Shown here: one piece after another, positions 10,036-18,357 of the stretch
How the letters are laid out: every line of letters starts with the position of its first letter
Position numbering within the stretch: position 1 is the stretch's first letter
Assembly: GCA_043819135.1 (NCBI GenBank)
Contig: JBDRFG010000130.1
Span: 16,005 to 80,004, forward strand
DNA length: 64,000 nt
Origin: Candidatus Eiseniibacteriota bacterium
GTDB taxonomy: Bacteria; Joyebacterota; Joyebacteria; Joyebacterales; Joyebacteraceae
Reading direction: 5' to 3'
The notes under the pieces: model-generated
What the model was told of the DNA's origin: nothing
Seen by the model: only the letters and a program-made list of their open reading frames with translations
The model's database searches: none
Translations under genes and position numbers: made by a program

Positions 10036-11655
10036 TTGCCCGCCGAACGGACTCACGAATCCGCCGACTTCATCGTCGTCGGAAGCGGCATAGCCGGCCT
10101 GACGTTCGCGCTCTCGGTCGCGAAGCGGGGCCGCGTTATCGTCGTCACCAAGAAGGACGACGCGGAATCGGCGACCAACATGGCCCAGGGCGGGATCGCG
10201 GCCGTCGTCGAGGGGGCCGACTCGTTCGAACAGCACGTGCGCGACACGATGACCGCGGGCGTCGGCCTCTGCAACCGCGAGGCCGTGGAGATCGCCGTCC
10301 GGAGCGGGCCCGGCGCCGTCGGCAGGCTGATATCCTGGGGGGCCCGTTTCTCCACCGAGATCGCGGACGACGGCGACGAGCACTTTTCTCTCGGACAGGA
10401 GGGCGGCCACTCGGCCCGACGCATCGTGCACGCGGCCGACATGACCGGCGAGGAGATCGAGACGGCGCTCCTCTCGGCGGTCGGTTCGTCTCCGAACATC
10501 GAGGTGTGGGAAGACCACGTCGCTATCGACATCGTCGTCGACGAGTCCGCCGAGGGGCGGAGGTGCGCGGGCGTTCACGTGCTGGACGTCGTGGCCGGTC
10601 GGGTGACGACCGTAGTAGCTCCGGTGACGGCGCTTGCGACGGGCGGGTGCGGCAAGGTCTATCTCTACACGACGAACCCCGACATCGCAAGCGGTGACGG
10701 CATCGCCATCGCGTACCGCGCCGGGGTGCCCGTCCGCAACATGGAGTTCATTCAGTTCCACCCTACCTGTCTCTATCACCCCGACGTGAAGTCGTTCCTC
10801 ATCTCCGAGGCGGTACGCGGCGAGGGCGCCGTGCTCCGAGCCCTGAGCGGCGAGAGGATAATGGAGGGCAAGCATCCGAGGGAGGACCTGGCTCCCAGGG
10901 ACGTCGTCGCCCGCGCCATCGACCGGACGATGAAGGAGACCGGCGACAAGCACGTCCATCTCGACCTGACCCATCTCGACCCTGACCAGGTGAGAGCCCG
11001 ATTTCCGAACATAAACAGGCGCCTGCTCGATTTAGAGATAGACATGACGACGGAGCCCGTGCCCGTTGTTCCCGCCGCTCACTACGTCTGCGGCGGGGTG
11101 GCCGTCGACCTCGAGGGCAGAACGAGCCTGCCGGGGCTCTACGCGATCGGCGAGGTCGCTCACACCGGCATGCACGGCGCGAACAGGCTGGCCTCCAACT
11201 CCCTTCTGGAAGCGGTAGTGTTCAGCGAGCGAGCGGCCAGGTCGGCAGTGGACGCGCTCGATGGCGGCGCCGCCGTGACCCGGGGAGCTGCCGAGATGGA
11301 GTGGTCGGGACCCGAGGCGGGATCCGTTCCGGAGGGCGTGCTCATCGACCACAGCTGGGACATCGTTCGCAGGATCATGTGGGACTACGTCGGGATCGTC
11401 AGGACCGAGCGGAGGCTGGACTTTGCCAGCAGGCGGATGTCCGCCATCGGGGCTGAGATCGCGGACTACTTCTCGCGCTATCCTGTCAGCCGGGACCTGC
11501 TGGAACTCAGGAACATCTCGCTGGTGGGCGAGCTGATAATCGCGAGCGCGCTGCTTCGGAAGGAATCGAGGGGGCTTCACTGGATGGAGGACTTCCCGGA
11601 GCGAGACGACGAGCACTGCCTCAGGGACACCGTCCTGGACGGGGGCTTACGATGA
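10036..11655 (+). CDS. nadB: L-aspartate oxidase NadB
   Basis: GSGIAG, AQGGIA, EGGHSARRI.H, QFHPT, SEAVRGEG, HGANRLASNSLLE and ESRGLH motifs; AGGAGG before the TTG start. Confidence 0.95.
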   Translation: MPAERTHESADFIVVGSGIAGLTFALSVAKRGRVIVVTKKDDAESATNMAQGGIAAVVEGADSFEQHVRDTMTAGVGLCNREAVEIAVRSGPGAVGRLISWGARFSTEIADDGDEHFSLGQEGGHSARRIVHAADMTGEEIETALLSAVGSSPNIEVWEDHVAIDIVVDESAEGRRCAGVHVLDVVAGRVTTVVAPVTALATGGCGKVYLYTTNPDIASGDGIAIAYRAGVPVRNMEFIQFHPTCLYHPDVKSFLISEAVRGEGAVLRALSGERIMEGKHPREDLAPRDVVARAIDRTMKETGDKHVHLDLTHLDPDQVRARFPNINRRLLDLEIDMTTEPVPVVPAAHYVCGGVAVDLEGRTSLPGLYAIGEVAHTGMHGANRLASNSLLEAVVFSERAARSAVDALDGGAAVTRGAAEMEWSGPEAGSVPEGVLIDHSWDIVRRIMWDYVGIVRTERRLDFASRRMSAIGAEIADYFSRYPVSRDLLELRNISLVGELIIASALLRKESRGLHWMEDFPERDDEHCLRDTVLDGGLR

Positions 11656-13250
11656 TGAGCAGAGCGTGCCTGAACGTCGCGGTGGCTTTGCTGACGCTTC
11701 TCATGTGCGCCGCGGGCTGTGGCGCCGAAGAAGGAGGCGATGGAAACGTGAACTCGGACAGACAGGAAGCGGCAGGGGTCGTCAGGCGCCCGGTCTGGGC
11801 GGGGCCCAATGCCTTCTACCCGTCCGACCCGGAGGTCCTCGCCCGAGACATCGACGGCTACCTGGCCGCCGCGGAGACGCCCGAGCTCGCCGGCGAGATA
11901 GTGGCTCTGATATGCCCGCACGCCGGGTACCGCTACTCGGGACAGGTCGCGGCGAAGGCGTACGCGCACGTGCGCGACGTGCCGTTCGACGCCGCCATCG
12001 TAGTGGCGCCGTCGCACAGGTTCGCGTTCAGGATCGCATCGGTATACGGCGGCGACGGGTACGCGACGCCGCTCGGAGTGGTCCCCGTTGACCGCGAGCT
12101 GGCCGACGCCATCTCGGACCCGTCGAACGGGTTCGGATACGAGCCCAGGGCCCACTCGGAAGAGCACTCGCTCGAGGTCCAGGTGCCGTTTCTCCAGCGC
12201 GCTCTTGGTGAGTTCCGGATCGTGCCGATCGTGATGGGCGAGCAGACCGAGACGGCGACCAGGCTGCTTGCGTCGCGAATCGCCAAGGCCGTGAAGGATG
12301 CGCCGGGGAAGCGCGTGCTTCTCGTTGCCAGCACCGACCTCTCGCATTTCCACGATCAGGACACGGCGGTCGAACTCGACTCGCACGTGCTCGAGGCCGT
12401 GGAGGACTTCGATCCGGAGGGGCTCCTGGCCTCGCTGGCGCGGGGTGAATGCGAGGCGTGCGGGGGAGGACCCGCCGCGGTCGTGATGATGGCGGCGCGG
12501 GAGCTGGGAGCGCGGGAATCCACGGTCGTCGGCTACGCGACGTCCGGAGACGTCGCGGGAGACAAGAGCCGCGTGGTTGGCTACATGGCCGCCGTGCTTC
12601 ATGGCGCGCCCCCGGCAAAGCGCACGGAGGAGCGCGTCGCGGGAGCCGCCGACGACTCGCCGGAGGATGTCCACGCGGACGCGGCCGGCGCTCCCTACGG
12701 GGGGCTGACGGAGCGTGAGCGGAGCGCACTCGTGTCGCTCGCCAGACGCTCGATAGCCGCTGAGCTTGCCGGGCACTGGCCTCCGCCCTTGGAATTCAGT
12801 TCGAAGACGCTCAGGACCGAGCGCGGCGCGTTCGTCACTCTCGAGAAGCGAGGCGCTCTCCGGGGTTGCATCGGTCACGTGCTCGCGTACAAGCCGCTCG
12901 AACAGACCGTAATGGAGATGGCTGTCCAGGCGGCGCTCCACGATCCACGATTTCCTCCGGTGACGGCCGACGAGCTCGATGAGCTCACCATAGAGATCTC
13001 AGTGATGTCACCTCTCACCGCGGTCGAGGACGTGTCCGAGATCGAGGTGGGGGCTCACGGCCTGGTCATCCGGGACGGAGGACGGAGCGGCCTGCTCCTG
13101 CCTCAGGTGGCGACCGACTACGGTTGGGACCGCGAGACTTTCCTCCAGCACACCTGCGCGAAGGCGGGACTGCCGCCGGATGCCTGGAAGCAAGAGGGAG
13201 TCTCCATTCTGAAGTTCACCGCGGAGGTCTTCGGAGAGGAACAGCCTTGA
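11652..13250 (+). CDS. amrB-amrA: AmmeMemoRadiSam protein B (Memo) - protein A (AMMECR1) fusion with predicted lipoprotein signal peptide
   Basis: Memo motifs PHAGYRYSG, APSH, EHSLEVQVPFLQ, STDLSH and EACG; AMMECR1 motifs GAFVTL..LRGCIG, DPRFPP, LLLPQVA and KAGL; N-terminus VAVALLTLLMCAAG-C is lipobox-like. Confidence 0.9.
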   Translation: MMSRACLNVAVALLTLLMCAAGCGAEEGGDGNVNSDRQEAAGVVRRPVWAGPNAFYPSDPEVLARDIDGYLAAAETPELAGEIVALICPHAGYRYSGQVAAKAYAHVRDVPFDAAIVVAPSHRFAFRIASVYGGDGYATPLGVVPVDRELADAISDPSNGFGYEPRAHSEEHSLEVQVPFLQRALGEFRIVPIVMGEQTETATRLLASRIAKAVKDAPGKRVLLVASTDLSHFHDQDTAVELDSHVLEAVEDFDPEGLLASLARGECEACGGGPAAVVMMAARELGARESTVVGYATSGDVAGDKSRVVGYMAAVLHGAPPAKRTEERVAGAADDSPEDVHADAAGAPYGGLTERERSALVSLARRSIAAELAGHWPPPLEFSSKTLRTERGAFVTLEKRGALRGCIGHVLAYKPLEQTVMEMAVQAALHDPRFPPVTADELDELTIEISVMSPLTAVEDVSEIEVGAHGLVIRDGGRSGLLLPQVATDYGWDRETFLQHTCAKAGLPPDAWKQEGVSILKFTAEVFGEEQP

Positions 13251-14377
13251 GAAAGAGGGGCGGGTCTCTGGCGGTCCTGCTGATCGTGGGGGCCGTTCTC
13301 ATAGCGGTGTCGGGCATCGTCGGTCTCGCGGCCGGAGGGTCGTCCGCCGGCCGGATCGGCTTCACGCGTCCCCGGGTGGCGTCGTACTGGGAGAGCCTCG
13401 ACGGGAAGCTGGTGAAGTGCGGCCTGTGCCCGAGGCGGTGCGTCGTGCCTCCGGGCGGCCGCGGCTACTGCGAGGTCCGGGAGAACAGGGACGGCGTCTA
13501 CTACACGCTGACCTACGGCAATCCCTGTGCCATCCACGTGGACCCGATAGAGAAGAAGCCCTTCTACCATTTCCTGCCCACGACCACCGCGTACTCGTTC
13601 GCTACGGCCGGATGCAATCTGGACTGCAAGTTCTGCCAGAACTGGCACATCTCGCAGGCGCGCCCTGAGGAGTTGGCCAACTACGACCTTCCGCCCGCCG
13701 ACCTCGTCGCGGCCGCCCTCGCCAGCGGCTGCAGGTCGATCGCCTACACCTACTCCGAGCCGACGATCTTCTTCGAGTACATGCTCGATTGCGCGAAGCT
13801 CGCGCGCGCTCAGGGACTGAGGAACGTCTATCACTCGAACGGGTTCATTCAGCCGGAACCGTTGCGCGAGCTGTGCGCCTATCTGGACGCCGCGAACATC
13901 GACCTCAAGGGCTTCACCGAGGGATACTATGAGGAGATGTCCGACGGCTCGCTCGAGCCCGTCCTGCGCTCGCTCAAGATACTGAAGGAGGAGGGCGTTC
14001 ACCTGGAGATAACCACGCTCCTTGTTCCCGGCAGGAACGACGACCCCGAGACGCTGCGGGAAATGTGCAGCTGGGTCCGGGACAACCTGGGAGCGTCGGT
14101 TCCGGTCCACTTCTCCCGATTCCATCCGCAGCACCGATTGCAGAATCTGCCCCCGACGCCGGTCGAGAGACTTGAGGCCGCACGGAATATCGCCCTCGGC
14201 GAGGGTTTGGAGTACGTCTACATAGGGAACGTGCCCGGACACGAGGCGAACAGCACCTACTGCCCCGCCTGTTCGGCGGAGCTCATCCACAGGATAGGCT
14301 ACTCCGTGGAGGTGCGGGGCGTGGTGGACGGGCGGTGCTCGGAGTGCGGAGCGGTCATTGACGGGGTCTGGGACTGA
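13247..14377 (+). CDS. amrS: AmmeMemoRadiSam radical SAM enzyme with N-terminal signal/anchor
   Basis: CGLCPRRC, DPIEKKP, GCNLDCKFCQN (CxxxCxxC), YTYSEP, NIDLK and C-terminal CPAC/CSEC. TTG 13247 overlaps the upstream TGA and follows GGAGAGGA. Confidence 0.92.
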   Translation: MRKRGGSLAVLLIVGAVLIAVSGIVGLAAGGSSAGRIGFTRPRVASYWESLDGKLVKCGLCPRRCVVPPGGRGYCEVRENRDGVYYTLTYGNPCAIHVDPIEKKPFYHFLPTTTAYSFATAGCNLDCKFCQNWHISQARPEELANYDLPPADLVAAALASGCRSIAYTYSEPTIFFEYMLDCAKLARAQGLRNVYHSNGFIQPEPLRELCAYLDAANIDLKGFTEGYYEEMSDGSLEPVLRSLKILKEEGVHLEITTLLVPGRNDDPETLREMCSWVRDNLGASVPVHFSRFHPQHRLQNLPPTPVERLEAARNIALGEGLEYVYIGNVPGHEANSTYCPACSAELIHRIGYSVEVRGVVDGRCSECGAVIDGVWD

Positions 14378-14388
14378 CGCACGGGGTA

Positions 14389-14417
14389 TTGACAGCCGCC
14401 GGTGTATGCTCTACAGT
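14389..14417 (+). promoter_or_regulatory. sigma70-type promoter
   Basis: TTGACA-17 nt-TACAGT in the intergenic gap. Confidence 0.7.
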
Positions 14418-14496
14418 CGTTGGCTGTAGGCGGCTCGTTGAGAGTTGCCCGCGACTAGGATTGTACCCCCTCTCTGGAACAAGAAGGAGGATGCTG

Positions 14497-15537
14497 ATGC
14501 GTTTCGTCCTCTTGACGCTTCTGGTCGGTCTGCTAACTGCCGCGGCCGGAGCGGTCACCATCGAGGTACCGAACTACGAACAGGGGATCAGGGCCATCCA
14601 GCAAGCGGTGGACCTGGCCGCTCCGGGTGACACCGTCCTCGTGATGAGCGGCACGTATGACAGCGTCCGCTCGTTCGAGACGCCGCTGGGTCGACGTGAT
14701 GCTGTCGTTTCGATTTCGAGCGACATCGTTCTCCTGGGAAAGAACAGGAGTGGGGTCAAGATCGACCACTCGCAGGCCACGTACGGCATTCTAGTCCAGA
14801 ACGTCAGCGAGGACGCGCTGGTCTCGAACCTGACGATCCTGGGAGGTGCATCGAGGGACAAGGGACTTCTGGATGATGGAGACGGCAGGCTTCTCTCTGC
14901 GGGTATCTGCTGCGTCGATGCCGCGAGCCCGACCATAAGGGACGTGGACATCGAGAACGGCGCCACCGGGATCATCATCCGGACCGAGACGGGCAGCGCG
15001 GATTCCGCGCCCGTCATCGAGGGTGTCGTCGTGGCGCGCGGCTCGCACCACGGGATCTTCATCTTCGAGAACGGGTCCACGCCTGTCACCATCGACAGGT
15101 GCACGCTGGTCGCCAACTTCGACTACGGGATCTACGTCAGCGGCGGCAGCGTCGAGGTGACAAGCTCGGCGCTGACGAACAACGGCAAGAACGGCATCTA
15201 CGGCTATCTCGCGACGCCGTCCGTCAGGTACTGCAACGTCTACTGGAACGACCGGATGTTCCCTGACGAGCAAACCGGACCTCTGAATTACGGTGGGTCT
15301 CTTGGCGATCTCACGGGCGTCGACGGGAACATATCCATGGAACCGTACTACTGCGACTTCTACGGCTCGGCCGGGTACGACTACCACGTGTGCCTGGACA
15401 CCGAGCCGTCGCCGCACATCCTGGCGGGTGAGGGGGGCGTGACGATCGGTGCGCTTCCTGCTGCCTGCAGCGGTTGCCAGTCGTCTCCCGTCGAAGCGTC
15501 GTCCTGGGGCGCCATCAAGGCGCTGTACAGGAATTAG
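14497..15537 (+). CDS. Secreted right-handed parallel beta-helix protein with C-terminal SWGAIKALY tag
   Basis: AGGAGG at 14485-14490; signal peptide MRFVLLTLLVGLLTAAAGA; IQQAVD.A..GDTVLV..GTY start of pectin-lyase-like fold; GI repeats; ends PVEASSWGAIKALYRN. Confidence 0.8.
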   Translation: MRFVLLTLLVGLLTAAAGAVTIEVPNYEQGIRAIQQAVDLAAPGDTVLVMSGTYDSVRSFETPLGRRDAVVSISSDIVLLGKNRSGVKIDHSQATYGILVQNVSEDALVSNLTILGGASRDKGLLDDGDGRLLSAGICCVDAASPTIRDVDIENGATGIIIRTETGSADSAPVIEGVVVARGSHHGIFIFENGSTPVTIDRCTLVANFDYGIYVSGGSVEVTSSALTNNGKNGIYGYLATPSVRYCNVYWNDRMFPDEQTGPLNYGGSLGDLTGVDGNISMEPYYCDFYGSAGYDYHVCLDTEPSPHILAGEGGVTIGALPAACSGCQSSPVEASSWGAIKALYRN

Positions 15538-15583
15538 GCAACCCGCGGGACGCCGGATGCGAAACAGGTGGAAGACGAACTTG

Positions 15584-15620
15584 AGGAGGCCCCCGACTTT
15601 GAGAGTCGGGGGCCTCTTAT
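15584..15620. terminator. Hairpin between convergent genes, probable (bidirectional) terminator
   Basis: Perfect 13-bp stem GAGGCCCCCGACT (15586-15598) / AGTCGGGGGCCTC (15604-15616), followed by TTAT. Confidence 0.7.
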
Positions 15621-15689
15621 CGTACCCGGGTCGCTGTCCGGAGGTCAGGGCCGCGGGCTCCCGTCACTCCCGAAGCGGCCGCGCGGCGA

Positions 15690-18056
15690 TCAATCGTCCC
15701 GACCGCGTCTCCCCGGGAGCATCGTGGGCAGCAGGGACACGAGCACCGCGGCGTTCATGATCGCGAGCGCGCGCATCGCCCCAAGCGTGCCCATTATCGG
15801 CAGCAGGAAGACCGCCGTGCCGGTTGCCCCGACCGCGGCGCCCAGGAGGTCCGCGCCGTAAAGCCTGCCCCCGATCGCGCCGATATCGGAACGGCCCTGG
15901 GAAACGAGCTTCGCCGCCAGCGGGAACTGCAGTCCGGCCAGAAGCGCGGCTCCCACAACGATCGCGGGGAAGAGCGCCGCCCAGGTGAGGAGATGGTGCG
16001 GCGGCAGCGCCGCCACGCGAGCCAGCGCGGCTCCGAGTGCCAGCGGCACCGCGGAGATGAAGAGCTGCAGGACCAGGAACGACCCGGCGCCGGCTCCCCG
16101 CGCCGCGGCCTTCGTGCCGAGCCAGCCTCCGAACGCGAGGCCGGCCATGAACGCAGCCACGATGAGCGCGAGTTCCTGGTAGACGTAGCCGTAGATGCTC
16201 TGAAACGCGAGCAGCGCCGTCAGCTCCAGACTGATCTCGGTCGCTCCGACCAGGAAGACAGCCGCCACGATCACACGCGATCGCGAGCGCCGCGATCGCC
16301 CGCGGGCGAGAGAAGGCACGGCCAGGACGACAACGAGCGCAAGGGCAACGAGCAGAGCGTTTCTCTCCGTTACGTAGCCCCGCGCGGCCAGGAGAACGTG
16401 GGGGGCACTCGAGAACTGTCTGTTCCACAGCACCATGCTCAGGTAGCAGGCCGCGGGCGACAGGTCCGTGTTCGTCAGCGTGGGCACGCCCTCGAGTGTC
16501 GAGTCGAGATGCGCGATGCGCTCGGGGGAGAGCCGGTCGGCGAGGTAGTAGTCGCGCACGTATGCGACGTCCAGCCCTCGGTCGCGGACGCGTTCGCTCA
16601 ACACGTGAGCGTCGCGTGTGAACGAGCTTCCGGACGGCGAGGCCACGATGTGACACGGGTCGCCGGGGTACAAGGACACCGCGGGGAAGACGGATTCGGC
16701 GGTCGACCTCAGGCACGCGAGCAAGGCCGCCAGCTCGGCTCCGATGTAGTTCTCGGCCGACTGGACGGAGAACCCCAGCACCCCCTCGTCCGCAAGTGCG
16801 CGGCTGACCTCCTCCATGAACTCCGCCGTGTAGAACCTGTTGAGCTGGGCCGTCGTCGGGTCGGGGACCCCGACGATAACGACGTCGTAAGGGGTCTCGA
16901 CCCGCTTGACGAAGAAGCGCGCGTCCGCAAAATGAACGCTCACTCGGGAATCCTCGAAGCCTTCCGTCATCGCCTCTCCGAAGGCCCGTCTCGCCGTGTG
17001 GATCAGCTCGGGATCCAGTTCGACGTAGTCCACCACGCTGACGCTCGGGTGCTTCAGCACCTCACGGACGGCGCCGCCGAGGCCGCCACCCAGAAGAAGC
17101 ACCCGGGACGGCCCCGGGTGGGAGAGCATCGGCAGATGCACCGTCTCCTCGGCGGTCTTCCGGTCCGGCGCCGAGGCCGCCAGAACGCCGCTCTCGTAGA
17201 TGCTCATCTGGCTGCCCATGCTCGCGGCGACGATCCTGCCGTAGATGGAATTCGTCTGCGCAAGGAAGCCGACGTCTCGCCACTGTGCTCCGACCGACGC
17301 GTCGTCGAGCCGGCCCGCCGCCGGGCCGAGCAGAGCCGCCGACGCGGCAGCGAGAACGATCCCGGTCACAAGCGCACCCAGCGGGCGGCGGCGATCGCCG
17401 CGCGGTGCGGCGACGAGCAGCCAGACGGAGACGGCGCAGACGAGAAGCGTCACCATGAGTGCTATCGATACGGGGTCGAACCTTGGGAGGAAAAGAAGAC
17501 TGACCAGAAGTCCGGCGCAAGCGGCGCCCGCCGCCTCGACCAGGTACACCTTCCCGGCGGCAGTTTGCGATCCTGACTCGGCGTGGACGATCGATGTCGA
17601 TAGGGCGAAGATCAGTCCGGCGACGACGGTGAACGGGGCCAGAGAGATCAGAGACGCCAGGACCAGAGGGGCGAACCCCGAAACCTCGCCGGTTGTCAGT
17701 CCCATTGCGCCTCGAAGGGCGCGCGCCGTGAGAAGTGCAGCGGGAGCCAAGACGCCCAGGGCAACGAGCCCGCGGGCCAGCGCACCGCGCGTGGGGGCGA
17801 CCCTCCTGGCGACCAGGCCGTATGCGGCGCTGCCGACTCCTCCGGCCAGGAGCCAGACGGTCATGACGATCCCGAACGACGTCTCGTTGCCTCGCCATGC
17901 CGTCATCAGCTCTCTGAGAAGAAGAATCTGGACGGTTAGCGTCGCGGCGCCGATCGAAGCGAGCGCCGCCGTGAGCGACGCGCGGCAGGCCCGGCCTGAT
18001 GCTCCGGCGTGACCTCTCGCGCTGTCTCCACATGTCGATGCCGAGTGTTGGTTCAT
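15690..18056 (-). CDS. Polytopic membrane protein with central spermidine-synthase-like (class I SAM-binding) domain
   Basis: About 7 TM + SIYGRI, EETVH, VLLLGGGLGG.VREVLKHP, VELDP, DARFF, NRFYT.EF + about 7 TM. Start uncertain (ATG 18056 or GTG 18101). Only clear minus-strand gene in the window. Confidence 0.85.
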   Translation of the reverse strand: MNQHSASTCGDSARGHAGASGRACRASLTAALASIGAATLTVQILLLRELMTAWRGNETSFGIVMTVWLLAGGVGSAAYGLVARRVAPTRGALARGLVALGVLAPAALLTARALRGAMGLTTGEVSGFAPLVLASLISLAPFTVVAGLIFALSTSIVHAESGSQTAAGKVYLVEAAGAACAGLLVSLLFLPRFDPVSIALMVTLLVCAVSVWLLVAAPRGDRRRPLGALVTGIVLAAASAALLGPAAGRLDDASVGAQWRDVGFLAQTNSIYGRIVAASMGSQMSIYESGVLAASAPDRKTAEETVHLPMLSHPGPSRVLLLGGGLGGAVREVLKHPSVSVVDYVELDPELIHTARRAFGEAMTEGFEDSRVSVHFADARFFVKRVETPYDVVIVGVPDPTTAQLNRFYTAEFMEEVSRALADEGVLGFSVQSAENYIGAELAALLACLRSTAESVFPAVSLYPGDPCHIVASPSGSSFTRDAHVLSERVRDRGLDVAYVRDYYLADRLSPERIAHLDSTLEGVPTLTNTDLSPAACYLSMVLWNRQFSSAPHVLLAARGYVTERNALLVALALVVVLAVPSLARGRSRRSRSRVIVAAVFLVGATEISLELTALLAFQSIYGYVYQELALIVAAFMAGLAFGGWLGTKAAARGAGAGSFLVLQLFISAVPLALGAALARVAALPPHHLLTWAALFPAIVVGAALLAGLQFPLAAKLVSQGRSDIGAIGGRLYGADLLGAAVGATGTAVFLLPIMGTLGAMRALAIMNAAVLVSLLPTMLPGRRGRDD

Positions 18057-18193
18057 CGTTTCGGGGGTCCGCCTGTCTGTTCGTCCCAGTTGCCGGATCA
18101 CAGCGTTCGGAGTTTACCAGAGGCCGGGTACCCGCGGGGCGTCGGTTGGCCGAAACTGCTTGTCCTGCATGAGGTTAGCCGGGGAGAAAACGG

Positions 18194-18223
18194 TTGACAC
18201 TCTGGAGAGGCGTCTGATAGCCT
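18194..18223 (+). promoter_or_regulatory. sigma70-type promoter for the msbA/LPS core operon
   Basis: TTGACA-18 nt-TAGCCT with extended -10 TG, in the divergent intergenic region. Confidence 0.55.
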
Positions 18224-18357
18224 TCGACGCGGGAGCAACCCCTAGAGACTGCGGTTCTTGCGCGTACGCGCGTCCTTCCACCGCGACGGGAACGCCGGAC
18301 ATGGCGGCCCCGCACGCTCGCGTCCGCTTGCCCGCTGTAACATCTGGGAACTGAGCG

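Noticed and set aside
9052..14377. Selenocysteine or readthrough at TGA junctions (nadA, nadB, amr genes)
   Set aside because: Each protein is complete at its TGA, the overlaps are ordinary ATGA/TTGA coupling and no SECIS-like hairpin was recognised.
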